Under the pieces are notes generated by a model that worked only from the letters and a program-made list of their open reading frames with translations, did not search any database and was not told where the DNA came from. From Candidatus Olsenella pullistercoris (lineage in GTDB: Bacteria; Actinomycetota; Coriobacteriia; Coriobacteriales; Atopobiaceae), in assembly GCA_019116525.1 (NCBI GenBank), contig DXBM01000036.1, positions 8,386-72,385 on the forward strand: DNA of 64,000 nt. Direction: 5' to 3'. The translations under genes were made by a program, and so were the position numbers. Positions within the stretch are counted from its first letter, which is position 1. Each line of letters starts with the position of its first letter. Positions 39,097 to 48,991 of the stretch are shown piece after piece.

Positions 39097-39264
39097 GCCC
39101 ATATTCGACGGTCAAAAGCTGATTGTGGGCAACATATTTTATTTACTCGAACAGACATGACCGCAAAAGCGGCAAAAACGTACTCAAACGGCACGACTTC
39201 GCGAGTTGTGAGCAACATGTTTTATCCAATGCCCGCATCAGCATCAAACATGTTGCTCACAATC
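39097..39264. repeat. TTGTGAGCAA repeat cluster B (upstream of the nuclease-like gene), mirror image of cluster A
   Basis: Cores 39123-39132 (F, 1 mismatch), 39206-39215 (F), 39253-39262 (R). Confidence 0.92.
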
Positions 39265-39345
39265 ACACAGTAGTCTTGCCGGCGAGAAGAACAACGGGCT
39301 GGCGAGAAGTACGCCCGCGACGTCCCGGCAGCAACGAGCCCCCAC

Positions 39346-39384
39346 AAAAAACGGCGGCGGACCCGGGAGGAGGTCCGCCGCCGT
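39346..39384 (-). terminator. Intrinsic terminator after the liv operon
   Basis: ACGGCGGCGGACC...GGTCCGCCGCCGT hairpin followed by a T-run on the minus strand. Confidence 0.8.
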
Positions 39385-39411
39385 GTGACGCAGCCCAAGG
39401 AAGGCGCGCGG

Positions 39412-40119
39412 CTACCCGCCGAGGTAGGCCTTGCGCACGTCGTCGTCGACGAGCAGCTCGGCACCCGTGCCCGTCTTCTTGATCGTTCCGATCTCCAGCA
39501 CATAGGCGCGGTCGGCAACGGAGAGCGCCATGTTGGCGTTCTGTTCAACGAGAAGGATCGTGGTGCCAGCCTCGTTCAGCTGTTTCACGATGTCAAAGAT
39601 CTCCTGAACCAGAATAGGCGCGAGGCCCATCGACGGCTCGTCGAGCATGAGCAGGCGCGGGCGGCTCATGAGGGCGCGCCCCATCGCGAGCATCTGCTGC
39701 TCGCCGCCGGAGAGCGTGCCCGCCACCTGGCCGCGGCGCTCCTTGAGGCGCGGGAAGTGAGCGTAGACCCTCTCGAGTGTCTCACGGTTCTCGGCGTCGG
39801 TGCGCGTGTAGCCGCCCATCTCGAGGTTCTCGGCGACCGTCATCTGCGTGAAGACGCGCCTCCCCTCAGGGCAGAGGGCGAGCCCGCGCTGCATGACCTT
39901 GTGCGCAGGAACGCCCACAATCGACGCGCCGTCAAACTCAACCGAGCCAGAGTCGGGCTTGATGAGGCTCGAGACGGTATTGAGGGTGGTGGACTTGCCG
40001 GCACCGTTGGCACCGATGAGCGTCACGATCTCGCCCTCGTTGATGTCGAAGGAGATGCCGCGGACGGCCTTGATCGCCCCGTACGAGACGTGCAGGTCCT
40101 TTACGGAGAGGAGCGCCAT
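39412..40119 (-). CDS. livF: Branched-chain amino acid ABC ATPase
   Basis: GANGAGKST, LSGGEQQM, LDEPSMGLAP. Confidence 0.93.
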   Translation of the reverse strand: MALLSVKDLHVSYGAIKAVRGISFDINEGEIVTLIGANGAGKSTTLNTVSSLIKPDSGSVEFDGASIVGVPAHKVMQRGLALCPEGRRVFTQMTVAENLEMGGYTRTDAENRETLERVYAHFPRLKERRGQVAGTLSGGEQQMLAMGRALMSRPRLLMLDEPSMGLAPILVQEIFDIVKQLNEAGTTILLVEQNANMALSVADRAYVLEIGTIKKTGTGAELLVDDDVRKAYLGG

Positions 40120-40120
40120 G

Positions 40121-40975
40121 CTACTTCACCTCCTGCTTGCCGAGGTACGCCTCGATGACGCGCGGGTCGTTCTGGATCTGCTCCGGCGTGCCCTTGGCGA
40201 TGATCTTGCCGTAGTCGAGCACACCCACGACCTCACAGACGCCCATGACGAGCGACATGTCGTGCTCAATGAGCAGGATGGCGATCTGGAACTCGTCGCG
40301 GATCCTCTGGATGTTCTCCATCAGCTCCTCGGTCTCCGCCGGGTTCATGCCGGCGGCGGGCTCGTCGAGCAGCAGCACCTTGGGACCCGTCGCAAGGGCG
40401 CGGAGAATCTCCAGGCGGCGCTGAGCGCCGTACGGGAGGTTTCCGGCCTGCGTGTCCGCGTACTTGCGCATGTCAAAGATGTCGAGAAGCTCGAGCGCGC
40501 GATCGTGGAACTCGGCCTCCTGCTTCCAGTGGCCGGGCAGTCGCAGCATGTCGGTGATCAGATGCGTCTTCATCGTGTTGCCAAAGCCCACGAGTACGTT
40601 CTGCTCAACCGTCATCTTGGAGAAGAGGCGGATGTTCTGGAACGTGCGGGCGATGCCCATGCGGTTGACATCGGCAACGGACTTGCCCGCCGTGTCGTAA
40701 CCGTCGATGAGAACGGTGCCGCGCGTGGGCTTGTAGACGTTCGTGAGCAGGTTGAAGATCGTGGTCTTGCCGGCACCGTTGGGGCCGATCAGTCCAGAGA
40801 TCTCCGTACGGCCCATGGCGATGTTGAAGTCATCCACGGCCGTGAGGCCGCCAAAGTCGATGCCCAGGTGCTCCGCCTGCAGCACCGGGATGGAGCCGAG
40901 GTCGCGCTCGGGGATGAGGTTGGGCGTCTCAACCTGCACGAGGACGGGACGGTGCTTCTTCTTATCGCTCGGCAT
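40121..40975 (-). CDS. livG: Branched-chain amino acid ABC ATPase
   Basis: GPNGAGKTT, ARTFQNIRLF, LPYGAQRRLEI. Confidence 0.93.
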   Translation of the reverse strand: MPSDKKKHRPVLVQVETPNLIPERDLGSIPVLQAEHLGIDFGGLTAVDDFNIAMGRTEISGLIGPNGAGKTTIFNLLTNVYKPTRGTVLIDGYDTAGKSVADVNRMGIARTFQNIRLFSKMTVEQNVLVGFGNTMKTHLITDMLRLPGHWKQEAEFHDRALELLDIFDMRKYADTQAGNLPYGAQRRLEILRALATGPKVLLLDEPAAGMNPAETEELMENIQRIRDEFQIAILLIEHDMSLVMGVCEVVGVLDYGKIIAKGTPEQIQNDPRVIEAYLGKQEVK

Positions 40976-42128
40976 CGGCGCTCACCTCCTCTCCCGCCGC
41001 CTCTTTCGCGGCGGACTCTGCCTTCTTCTTCCAGGGGAAGTCGCGGTTCATGACGCGCTCGATGATGCGGGAGAGCGAGAAGTCATAGGAGCCGAGAAGA
41101 CCCTGCGGGCGGAAGATCATCACGAGGATGAGCACCACCGCGTAGACGATCATGCGGTACTCGGAGAATGCGCGCAGCGCCTCGGGGAGGATGGTGAGAA
41201 CCGTCGCGGAGAGCGCGGAGCCGAGCATGGAGCCCATGCCGCCAAGAACCACCATGACCAGGATCTCAATCGACTTCATGAAGCCAAAGTACGCCGGCTG
41301 AAGAACGCCGATGCAGCCCGCGTAAAGACCGCCCGCAACGCCAGCGAAGAAGGCGGAGACGACGAAGGCGAGCGTCTTGTAGTAGGTGGTGTTCACACCA
41401 GACGCCTCGGCCGCGATCTCGTTGTCGCGGATGGCGAGGATCGCACGGCCGTGACGGGACTTCATCATCGTGTGGATGAGGAAGCAGACCAGGGCCACGC
41501 ACCCAAAGACGAGCAGGAAGCTCGAATAGCCCGGGATGCCCGTGAGGCCCTTTGCGCCGCGGGTGAGCGTGAAGCCAAGGGCGCTGTCGATGTTAAGCAT
41601 CACGACGCGGATGATCTCGGCAAACGCGAGCGTGATGATGGCGAGGTAGTCACCCTTGAGGCGCAGCGCTGGGATGCCGATGATGACGCCGGCGATGGCG
41701 GCACAGAGCCCGCCAAAGACAAGACCCGCAATGACGATGAGAATCGAGAGCGGGGTGCCCGTCGTGAAGTCGCGCATGCCAACCCCGAGCAGGTCGCCCA
41801 TGCGCATGACGAAGATTGCGCAGCCGTAGGCACCAACGGACATGAAGCCCGCGTGTCCGAGCGGCAGCTGGCCAAGGTAGCCCGTGGCGATGTTGAGCGA
41901 GACGGCGAGGATGATGTAGACGCCAACCTGCTCGAGAACCGTGGACTGGTAGCGCGTGATGGTTCCGCCGTCGATCATGAGCTCGCCGATGACGAGCACA
42001 ACGAGAACGAGAACGGCATTGATGGCGTATCGGGCAGCCATCGGAAGACGCTTCTTCTCCCCCGCCGCGGGTCCGCGGCCACCGGTGGAGATGATCGGAC
42101 GCTTCTTGTTCATGAGCTCTTCTTCCAT
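40962..42128 (-). CDS. livM: Branched-chain amino acid ABC permease
   Basis: LGHAGFM, RLKGDYLAIITL, VLGGMGS. Confidence 0.92.
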   Translation of the reverse strand: MEEELMNKKRPIISTGGRGPAAGEKKRLPMAARYAINAVLVLVVLVIGELMIDGGTITRYQSTVLEQVGVYIILAVSLNIATGYLGQLPLGHAGFMSVGAYGCAIFVMRMGDLLGVGMRDFTTGTPLSILIVIAGLVFGGLCAAIAGVIIGIPALRLKGDYLAIITLAFAEIIRVVMLNIDSALGFTLTRGAKGLTGIPGYSSFLLVFGCVALVCFLIHTMMKSRHGRAILAIRDNEIAAEASGVNTTYYKTLAFVVSAFFAGVAGGLYAGCIGVLQPAYFGFMKSIEILVMVVLGGMGSMLGSALSATVLTILPEALRAFSEYRMIVYAVVLILVMIFRPQGLLGSYDFSLSRIIERVMNRDFPWKKKAESAAKEAAGEEVSADAER

Positions 42129-42140
42129 GCTCTCACCCCC

Positions 42141-43037
42141 TTAGACCTTCTCGCTCATCGTCTTGCCGAAGATGCCCGTGGGCTTGACGATGAGGACGAT
42201 GATGAGCAGAAGAAAGACCACGGCGTCCTTCCACACGGAAAGGCCGAGCCAGGTGACGATCATCTCGGCAAAACCGACGATGAGGCCACCCACCACGGCA
42301 CCCGGGATAGAGCCGATGCCGCCGAGAACCGCGGCGACGAAGGCCTTGGTGCCGAGCATCATGCCCATCGTGGGAGACGCCTGGGTGTAGGCCATCGCGT
42401 AGAGGACGGCGCCGATGCCGGCGAGCGCGGAGCCCACGGCAAAGGTGAACGAGATCGTGGAGTTGACGTTGATGCCCATGAAGCGAGCGGCGCCCATGTC
42501 CTCGGACACGGCTCGCATCGCCTTGCCGAGCTTGCTCTTCTGAACGAGCAGCGTGAGCGCGATGGTTGCCACGATCGTCACGAGAACGGTCACCACGGCC
42601 GGGAACGAGAGCGCGATGTCGCCGAGCTTGATCGTTGAGACGTCAGTGAACGCGGGAACGACCTTGGGGTCGGCACCAAACACGAGCTGGGCGCCGTTCT
42701 CGAGGAAATACGAAACGCCGATGGCGGTGATGAGGATCGAGAGTCTGGGCGCGTTGCGCAGCGGCGCGTAGGCAACCTTGTCGATGAGCACGCCCACGAG
42801 CGTGCAGGCAACAACGGAGAGCAGAATCGCAATGATTGGGTTGAGTCCGAGCTGGGCCATGACGAGCCAGGAGACGTACGCGCCCACCATGATGATGTCG
42901 CCGTGCGCAAAGTTGAGCAGCAGGATGATGCCGTACACCATCGTGTAGCCCAGGGCGACGAGCGCATATATGCTTCCGAGCTGCAGGCCGTTGAGGACTT
43001 GCGACAGGAAAATGTCCAAGCTGACACTTCCTCTCAT
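42141..43037 (-). CDS. livH: Branched-chain amino acid ABC permease
   Basis: GSIYALVALGYTMVYG, NFAHGD, KAFVAAVLGGIG. Confidence 0.93.
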   Translation of the reverse strand: MRGSVSLDIFLSQVLNGLQLGSIYALVALGYTMVYGIILLLNFAHGDIIMVGAYVSWLVMAQLGLNPIIAILLSVVACTLVGVLIDKVAYAPLRNAPRLSILITAIGVSYFLENGAQLVFGADPKVVPAFTDVSTIKLGDIALSFPAVVTVLVTIVATIALTLLVQKSKLGKAMRAVSEDMGAARFMGINVNSTISFTFAVGSALAGIGAVLYAMAYTQASPTMGMMLGTKAFVAAVLGGIGSIPGAVVGGLIVGFAEMIVTWLGLSVWKDAVVFLLLIIVLIVKPTGIFGKTMSEKV

Positions 43038-43150
43038 AACTACTCGGGCGAGCGGGACGAGAAGACCTTCCCCTCGCCGGCCTACCGTGAAAGGGGCATC
43101 GGGCTCGCGCCCGATGCCCCGGGAGGACCCATGGGTCCGGCGACTCGAGG

Positions 43151-44353
43151 TTAGGCCTCGATGGTGTCGAAGGTCACCTCGGAGCCGTCCTCGGCAAAGG
43201 TGATGATGAGGGAGGACTTGACCGGGTCGCCGTTGTCCTCGTAGGAGATGGAGCCGGTGACGCCGTCGACGGTGCTGGCAAAGATGCCGTCGATGACGGC
43301 CTGCTTGTAGTCGTCGGAGCCGGGCTCGAGACCGGCCTCCTCGGCAGCGGTGAGGCCAGCCGCGAGGACCATGGCGGCGTCATAGCCAAGAGCGCAGAAG
43401 TTGGTGGGCGTCTCGTCGTAGGCAGCCTCATAGTCCTCGATGAACTGCTTGGTGACCTCAGACTCGTTGGAGGCGGAGAAGGCGCAGCAGTAGTAGCAGT
43501 CGTGGAGGTCGGCCGCATCGGCGTAGTTCTCGGAGCCGCCGTAGATGCCGGACCAGCCGTCCACGCCGAGGAAGACCTTCTCGTAGCCCTGCTGGCGCGC
43601 CTGGGTGACGATCATGCCGTCCTCGTTATAGTAGTTGGGCAGCAGGATGGCATCCGGGTTGGTGGCGAGGATGTTGGTGATCTGGGTGTTGAAGTCGACG
43701 TCGCCGTCGGAGTAGGACTCCTGCGTGGTGATCGTGATGCCCAGGGACTCGGCCTCCTCGCAGAAGGCCTTGTTGACGCCCTCATTGTAGTCGTCGCCGG
43801 TCTTGTAGAGGGTGGCGACGTTCTTGTAGCCCTGCTTGGCGGCAAAGTCGGCCATGACGACGCCCTGAACCGGGTCGGTGACGCAGGCACGGAACGTGTT
43901 GGTGCCGTAGGTGACGACGTCGGCCGCCGTGGCGGACGGGGTCACGCAGGGCATGTTGTCGGCAACGGACGCCTGGGCCACGGCGATCGAGGGGATCGTG
44001 GTGACGTCGCCGACGATGCCGGTCACGCCGTCGTTCTGGACGAGGCTGTTGTACGCGTTGACGGCCTCGGTGGCGTCGCCCTTCTCGTCGTACACGAAGG
44101 TCTCGATCTGCTTGCCGTTGATGCCGCCGTCCTCGTTGAGCTGATCGAAGTAGAGCTGGGCGCCGTTCAGGCAGGCAAGGCCGTACTGGGCGTTGTCACC
44201 GGAGTGCGGGCCCATGATGCCGACCTTGATGTTGCCGCCCTCGGAGCCGCCGTTGCTGTCGCCGCCGTTGCCGCCGCAGCCCACGAGGCCGAGGGCGAGC
44301 GCCGTTACTGCGGAGCCGGACACGAACTGACGCCTTGAGATGTTCTTGAGCAT
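43151..44353 (-). CDS. livK: Branched-chain amino acid ABC substrate-binding lipoprotein (Tat-like signal)
   Basis: SRRQFV signal, LVGC lipobox, GGINGKQIE, periplasmic binding fold features. Confidence 0.88.
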   Translation of the reverse strand: MLKNISRRQFVSGSAVTALALGLVGCGGNGGDSNGGSEGGNIKVGIMGPHSGDNAQYGLACLNGAQLYFDQLNEDGGINGKQIETFVYDEKGDATEAVNAYNSLVQNDGVTGIVGDVTTIPSIAVAQASVADNMPCVTPSATAADVVTYGTNTFRACVTDPVQGVVMADFAAKQGYKNVATLYKTGDDYNEGVNKAFCEEAESLGITITTQESYSDGDVDFNTQITNILATNPDAILLPNYYNEDGMIVTQARQQGYEKVFLGVDGWSGIYGGSENYADAADLHDCYYCCAFSASNESEVTKQFIEDYEAAYDETPTNFCALGYDAAMVLAAGLTAAEEAGLEPGSDDYKQAVIDGIFASTVDGVTGSISYEDNGDPVKSSLIITFAEDGSEVTFDTIEA

Positions 44354-44609
44354 TTCTTTCTCCTCCCGTCACCTTCCCAGATGGGAAGCCTTGCTCACAC
44401 CCTATCGTCCGAGCGACGGCGCGTCACGCATGTGGAGAAAGTGTTAAGGGACCTGTAATCTAGCGAACACCTTCGGTTAACGGGCACGCGCCCCGACGCC
44501 TGGCGCGCCGCAGTGAGGGGCGCCGTCCCAGCGAGACGCCTCGGCCCGCCCGGCCACCTGTGACCGCCCGGCGCCCGCGAAGCCCCCCCCCGAAGCCCCA
44601 GAACCTTTT

Positions 44610-44782
44610 CTGATATCCGGATATCAGGCGGCTTCCTTTCTGACATCCGGAAATCAGAAGGGCATGCATCTTTTGTCGAGCTCCTGAGCTGTGGTTCTTC
44701 TCGCGCACCTCAGACGCTGCAGGACGGATAGCGCCTGACATCCGGAAATCAGACAACAATCCGTCTGATATCCGGAAATCAG
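44610..44782. repeat. Four 18-bp palindromes CTGAYATCCGGAWATCAG in two pairs
   Basis: At 44610, 44640, 44735, 44765 (offsets 30, 95, 30). Confidence 0.9.
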
Positions 44783-44870
44783 ACAAGGGCGCGGGGGTAG
44801 GTGAGAGGAGGGCGAGAAGGTCGGAAAGGTCGAGAAGACCGAACCTGGGCGAACCTGCACCGCGGACGTC

Positions 44871-45338
44871 TCACCGCCGCCGCAGGCGCGCGACCAGCGA
44901 AGCGAGAAGGGCGCCCGCGAGAAGCCCCGAGAGATCGATGAGCACGTCAGTCGGCTGACCGGAGCGCCCGGGCACGAAGAGCTGCAGGCACTCGTCCGCA
45001 ACGGGAACGAGCGCGACGAGGTACGCGACCGGGAAGGGAGGCCGCCCGCGCTCGGCAAGGCGCGCAGCGAAGAGGCCGCGCGCGAGGACGCCGAGCACGG
45101 CGTACTCGGAGAAGTGGGCGAGCTTTCTGACGACCAGGGACATGAGTTCAGAGTCGCTCACTCCGAACGCCTCGAAGAGCGGGCGCGCCAGCGCAACGAC
45201 AAATCCGCTCTCGAGCGAGGACTGCGGGCCCTGCACGAGGGAGTGCCCCCAGATGAACGCCACCCAGCACGCAAACGCGACGGCCCACCAAAAGAGGGAG
45301 GGCCGTCGCGCCGAGTCGTTCCCAACCTGGGGCGTCAT
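44871..45338 (-). CDS. VanZ family membrane protein
   Basis: RKLAHFSEYAVLG, DECLQLFVPGRSG, DVLID. Confidence 0.88.
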   Translation of the reverse strand: MTPQVGNDSARRPSLFWWAVAFACWVAFIWGHSLVQGPQSSLESGFVVALARPLFEAFGVSDSELMSLVVRKLAHFSEYAVLGVLARGLFAARLAERGRPPFPVAYLVALVPVADECLQLFVPGRSGQPTDVLIDLSGLLAGALLASLVARLRRR

Positions 45339-46510
45339 GCCTCTGCTGCCAGGGGCGTCGAGAAGTGCTTGCCCACGTACGAGGGCGCCGAGACGGTGTC
45401 GGCGAGGTGGCGCGAGGTGGGCTGGGTGCCCCCCTCGAGCACGCGCAGGAAGCGCCGGGAGCTGCGACGGGCCGCCGTGGAGGAGTTCTTGGAGAACTCG
45501 TCCTCGATGAGGTAGTCAACGTAGCTCTCGGTGTCCACGACGCCCGGGTGCCCGCCGGGGACCTTGAACGGTATGAACGCCGTCTGGGGCTCGAGGTTGT
45601 CGGGCTCGTCGAGGGTGTCCTCGCCGCCGACGCTGTCGATGAAGCCGATCGGGTCCTGGGCGGGCCCGCTCGCGGCGATCTTCTCGTCAAGGGAGCGCAG
45701 CGCGGACGCCCAGTCGTCGCCCTGGTCGAGGTCCTCGACCGTGCGACGCTCAGGATAGGCGCCCTCGTCCACGAAGGCGACGCGCTCGGCGATCCTGCTC
45801 GCGCGACGCTCGGACGCGCGCTCGAGCCGCTCGAGGTCGGTTGCCGAGAAGTCCGAGGGGATGGCGAGGGACTCGGGATCCGTGGCGTCAGCTGCGAAGC
45901 CGGAGTCCTTGATGATCGCGTCGGCGCCAACGGCCTGGGTCCACCAGGAGGTTCCCACGTCACCCACGGAGCCGTCCGCGCGCTCGATCACCGGGACGCC
46001 CTCCATCATGCCGGCGCCCATGCGCGCCCTGAGCGTGGCGGCGACCCCCTGCGCGCGCAGGGACATCCGCTCGCGGAAGGTCGCGCGCCTCACGTAGTTC
46101 TCGGCGATGTCCTCGTAGTCCCGGGCGGCGTGCTCCGCACGGCCGGCGGCGGGCTCGTCGGTGGCCGTCGGCTCCTTCGCGCGCGGGCCGTGAGCCGAGT
46201 GGGACGCGGCCCCATGGGCAGGCGCCGGCGCATCGCTCGTGCGGAAGTGACGAGGGGCCGCAGCGGCGCGCTCGATGCGCGGGACGTCCGCCTCGCGCGC
46301 GGGGCCTCGGCGCGCGAGCGTGACCACGCCCGCCACGGCGCCAACGGCAGCAACGCCCACGACCGCCCCCAGCCCAAAGGCCACCGTGAGCGAGCTCAGC
46401 GAGGATCCCGTGAGCTCCGGAAGGGAGAGGGCGCGCGCCGTCTCCGGCGCGACAAGCGCGCCGGCGCCCACAAGGCCTGCGGCAATGGCCGGGCTTCTTC
46501 TCCCACCCAT
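45335..46510 (-). CDS. Hypothetical membrane-anchored protein
   Basis: N-terminal hydrophobic segments, acidic C-terminus; ATGA overlap with vanZ. Confidence 0.75.
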   Translation of the reverse strand: MGGRRSPAIAAGLVGAGALVAPETARALSLPELTGSSLSSLTVAFGLGAVVGVAAVGAVAGVVTLARRGPAREADVPRIERAAAAPRHFRTSDAPAPAHGAASHSAHGPRAKEPTATDEPAAGRAEHAARDYEDIAENYVRRATFRERMSLRAQGVAATLRARMGAGMMEGVPVIERADGSVGDVGTSWWTQAVGADAIIKDSGFAADATDPESLAIPSDFSATDLERLERASERRASRIAERVAFVDEGAYPERRTVEDLDQGDDWASALRSLDEKIAASGPAQDPIGFIDSVGGEDTLDEPDNLEPQTAFIPFKVPGGHPGVVDTESYVDYLIEDEFSKNSSTAARRSSRRFLRVLEGGTQPTSRHLADTVSAPSYVGKHFSTPLAAEA

Positions 46511-46799
46511 GCGTCTCTCCCCTTCTGACGAGGGAAGACGATACGAGCTTCAAACCATGAGAATGCGCCCCTGGGGAGCGCTGGCGTCAACGGCTTGGGC
46601 TGCGTTTCATCTTCGTGTACCGTGACATATGCCCGAGTGCTCGAGCTGTACAGAATATACCTGCTTTCGCACCCCCCGTGCAAGGGGTTCACCCAACGTT
46701 GCGCAATTGGCCGCCACCGGACGGCGTGGCCCTTCTCGCCAAGGGAGGAGCCTCGGGCCGGCGAGCGGGATGTCTTGCGAAACGCCTCGTCAAAGCGAC

Positions 46800-46842
46800 A
46801 AAAAACTTCCTGCGAGGGCCTCGCGGGCCGCTCGCAGGAAGT
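46800..46842 (-). terminator. Intrinsic terminator after rho
   Basis: ACTTCCTGCGAG...CTCGCAGGAAGT hairpin plus T-run on the minus strand. Confidence 0.75.
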
Positions 46843-46895
46843 CAGGGTCTGGCGACAGGGACCTTGGGGTCGCAGAAGGGTCGGCAGCGGCGAGC

Positions 46896-48782
46896 CTACG
46901 CGATGTAGTCGCTCTGCGACGCCTTCCTCGCGCTCTTGATCAGGAACTCGCCGTTGTTGTCGGTGCCCTTGAGGCCGTTCACCAGCGCCTTGGCAGCGCG
47001 CTCGACGTTGTTCATGTTCGCGAGGACGCGACGGATGCCCCAGACGAGCGGCTGGTAGTCGCTCGGGATGAGCAGGTCCTCGTTGCGCGTGCCGGACGCG
47101 ACCGGGTCGATGGCCGGGAAGATGCGCTTGTCGGCAAGCTCGCGGTCGAGCTTGAGCTCCATGTTACCGGTGCCCTTGAACTCCTCGAAGATGACCTCGT
47201 CCATCTTGGAGCCGGTGTCAACGAGCGCGGAGGCGATGATCGTGAGCGAGCCGCCGTTCTCGATGTTGCGGGCGGCGCCGAGGAACTTCTTGGGCGGGTA
47301 GAGTGCGGCGGAGTCAACGCCACCGGAGAGGATGCGCCCGCTCGCGGGCTGCGCGAGGTTGTAGGCGCGCGCAAGGCGCGTGATGGAGTCGAGCACCACC
47401 ACAACGTCCTCGCCCAGCTCCACGAGGCGCTTCGCGCGCTCGATCACAAGCTCGGAGACGCGCGTGTGGTTGTCGGCGGGCATGTCAAAGGTCGAGGCGA
47501 CCACCTCGCCCTTGATGGAGCGCTCCATGTCCGTGACCTCCTCGGGACGCTCGTCCACGAGCAGGCAGAAGAGGTGCACCTCGGGGTTGTTGGTGGCTAT
47601 GGACTGGCAGATCTTCTTGAGGACCGTGGTCTTGCCTGCCTTGGGGGGCGAGACGATAAGCCCTCGCTGGCCCTTTCCGATCGGGGAGACGAGGTCGATC
47701 GCGCGGCCGGTGATGGACTCCTTGCCGCACTCCATGACCAGCCGCTCGTTGGGGTAGACGGGAGTGAGGTCGCGGAAGCGCGGCCGGGCCTTGAGACCCT
47801 CGGGGGCGGCGCCGTTCACCGAGGTCACGGTCTGGAGGGGCGGATACTTGCTCCCCGAGCGGCCCGGGCCGACGGTGCCGGCCACAAGATCGCCCACACG
47901 CAGGCCAAGGGACCGGATGAGCTGCTGGTGGACGAAGGCGTCCCCGTCGCCCTCCATGTAGTTTCCGGTGCGCACCCAGCCGTAGCCCTCGTTGCCGATC
48001 TCGAGGACGCCCTCGACGGTGCGGAAGCCCTCAGCGCGGGCGGCCGCCTCGAAGACGGACTCAACGAGCTCGCCCTTGCGGACGCCCACGTAGTCGACGC
48101 CGAGCTCGGCAGCCTTGGCGCGCAGCTCGGCGACCTTCATGGAGGAGAGCTCCTCGCGCGAGAGCGAGGGCTCCGCAACGAAGTCCTGGCGACGGTTGCG
48201 GCGCCTCCCCTGCCCGTTCTGGCGCCTCCCCTGCCCCTGCTGCTGCGGCTGCTGCTGTTGGGCGGCGTGCTCGCCCGAGCGGCGACGCTTGCGGCCGCGC
48301 GGCGCCTCGGGGGCGCCCTCCTCGGAGGACGCTGTCTGCTCGGGTGCCTCGGCGAGCGTCTGCGCCGGCATGGGCGAGGGCTCGGGGCTGGCGTGCGTGG
48401 CGTCCTGCGTGGCCTTGGTCATCTCGTCTGCCGCGGCCTTCTCGGCGTCAGCCTTGCGCGGGCGGCCGCGACGGCGACGAGGGGCAGGGGCGTCGGGCGC
48501 GGCATCGGGCGCAGCGCCCTGCTCCGGCGTCGGGGCGGGCGTGGCCGACGCAGGCTCTGCGGGCGCTGCGTCCGCTGGCGCGGCCTCGCTCTTGCGCGGG
48601 CGGCCGCGGCGACGCTTGGGGGGCCACGGCTCGCCTGCGGCCTCCGCTGCGGCGCGGGCCTCGGCCTCCGCGGCGCGGGCGGCCTCCATCTCTGCCTTCG
48701 TGCGGCGACGGCGCTTGGGCTTGGCAGGGGCCTCCTCGGCGGGGACCGGCTCGGCGGGAACGGAAGTCGTTTCGTCCGTCAT
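46896..48782 (-). CDS. rho: Transcription termination factor Rho with long N-terminal extension
   Basis: [50 protein letters not shown]. Confidence 0.97.
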   Translation of the reverse strand: MTDETTSVPAEPVPAEEAPAKPKRRRRTKAEMEAARAAEAEARAAAEAAGEPWPPKRRRGRPRKSEAAPADAAPAEPASATPAPTPEQGAAPDAAPDAPAPRRRRGRPRKADAEKAAADEMTKATQDATHASPEPSPMPAQTLAEAPEQTASSEEGAPEAPRGRKRRRSGEHAAQQQQPQQQGQGRRQNGQGRRRNRRQDFVAEPSLSREELSSMKVAELRAKAAELGVDYVGVRKGELVESVFEAAARAEGFRTVEGVLEIGNEGYGWVRTGNYMEGDGDAFVHQQLIRSLGLRVGDLVAGTVGPGRSGSKYPPLQTVTSVNGAAPEGLKARPRFRDLTPVYPNERLVMECGKESITGRAIDLVSPIGKGQRGLIVSPPKAGKTTVLKKICQSIATNNPEVHLFCLLVDERPEEVTDMERSIKGEVVASTFDMPADNHTRVSELVIERAKRLVELGEDVVVVLDSITRLARAYNLAQPASGRILSGGVDSAALYPPKKFLGAARNIENGGSLTIIASALVDTGSKMDEVIFEEFKGTGNMELKLDRELADKRIFPAIDPVASGTRNEDLLIPSDYQPLVWGIRRVLANMNNVERAAKALVNGLKGTDNNGEFLIKSARKASQSDYIA

Positions 48783-48991
48783 GTATGTCTACCTCTCAGT
48801 TTCATGCTCGCGCGCACGACGACAGGCGGGCTGTGCCCAGGTCGTGCCTATGTGGCGAGGAGTGCGCTGGACAAATCGCGCACGCGCTAAGGCCGCGGGC
48901 GCAGGGCCCTGCGGAACAGCAAGAATATACCACGTCGCCGCAAGCGCTGCCGAGCAGGGATCGAGCGCCGGTGCGCGCCCGAGAAGGGCCC

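Noticed and set aside
37502-39264. TTGTGAGCAA repeats as a CRISPR array or lac-type operators
   Set aside because: Copies are inverted, only three per cluster, and no cas genes are present. TTGTGAGC resembles a lac operator half-site, but the half-sites are 37 bp apart, which does not fit LacI geometry.
44610-44782. Mini-CRISPR
   Set aside because: 18-bp repeats with 12/77/12-nt spacers do not fit CRISPR dimensions, and no cas genes are present.
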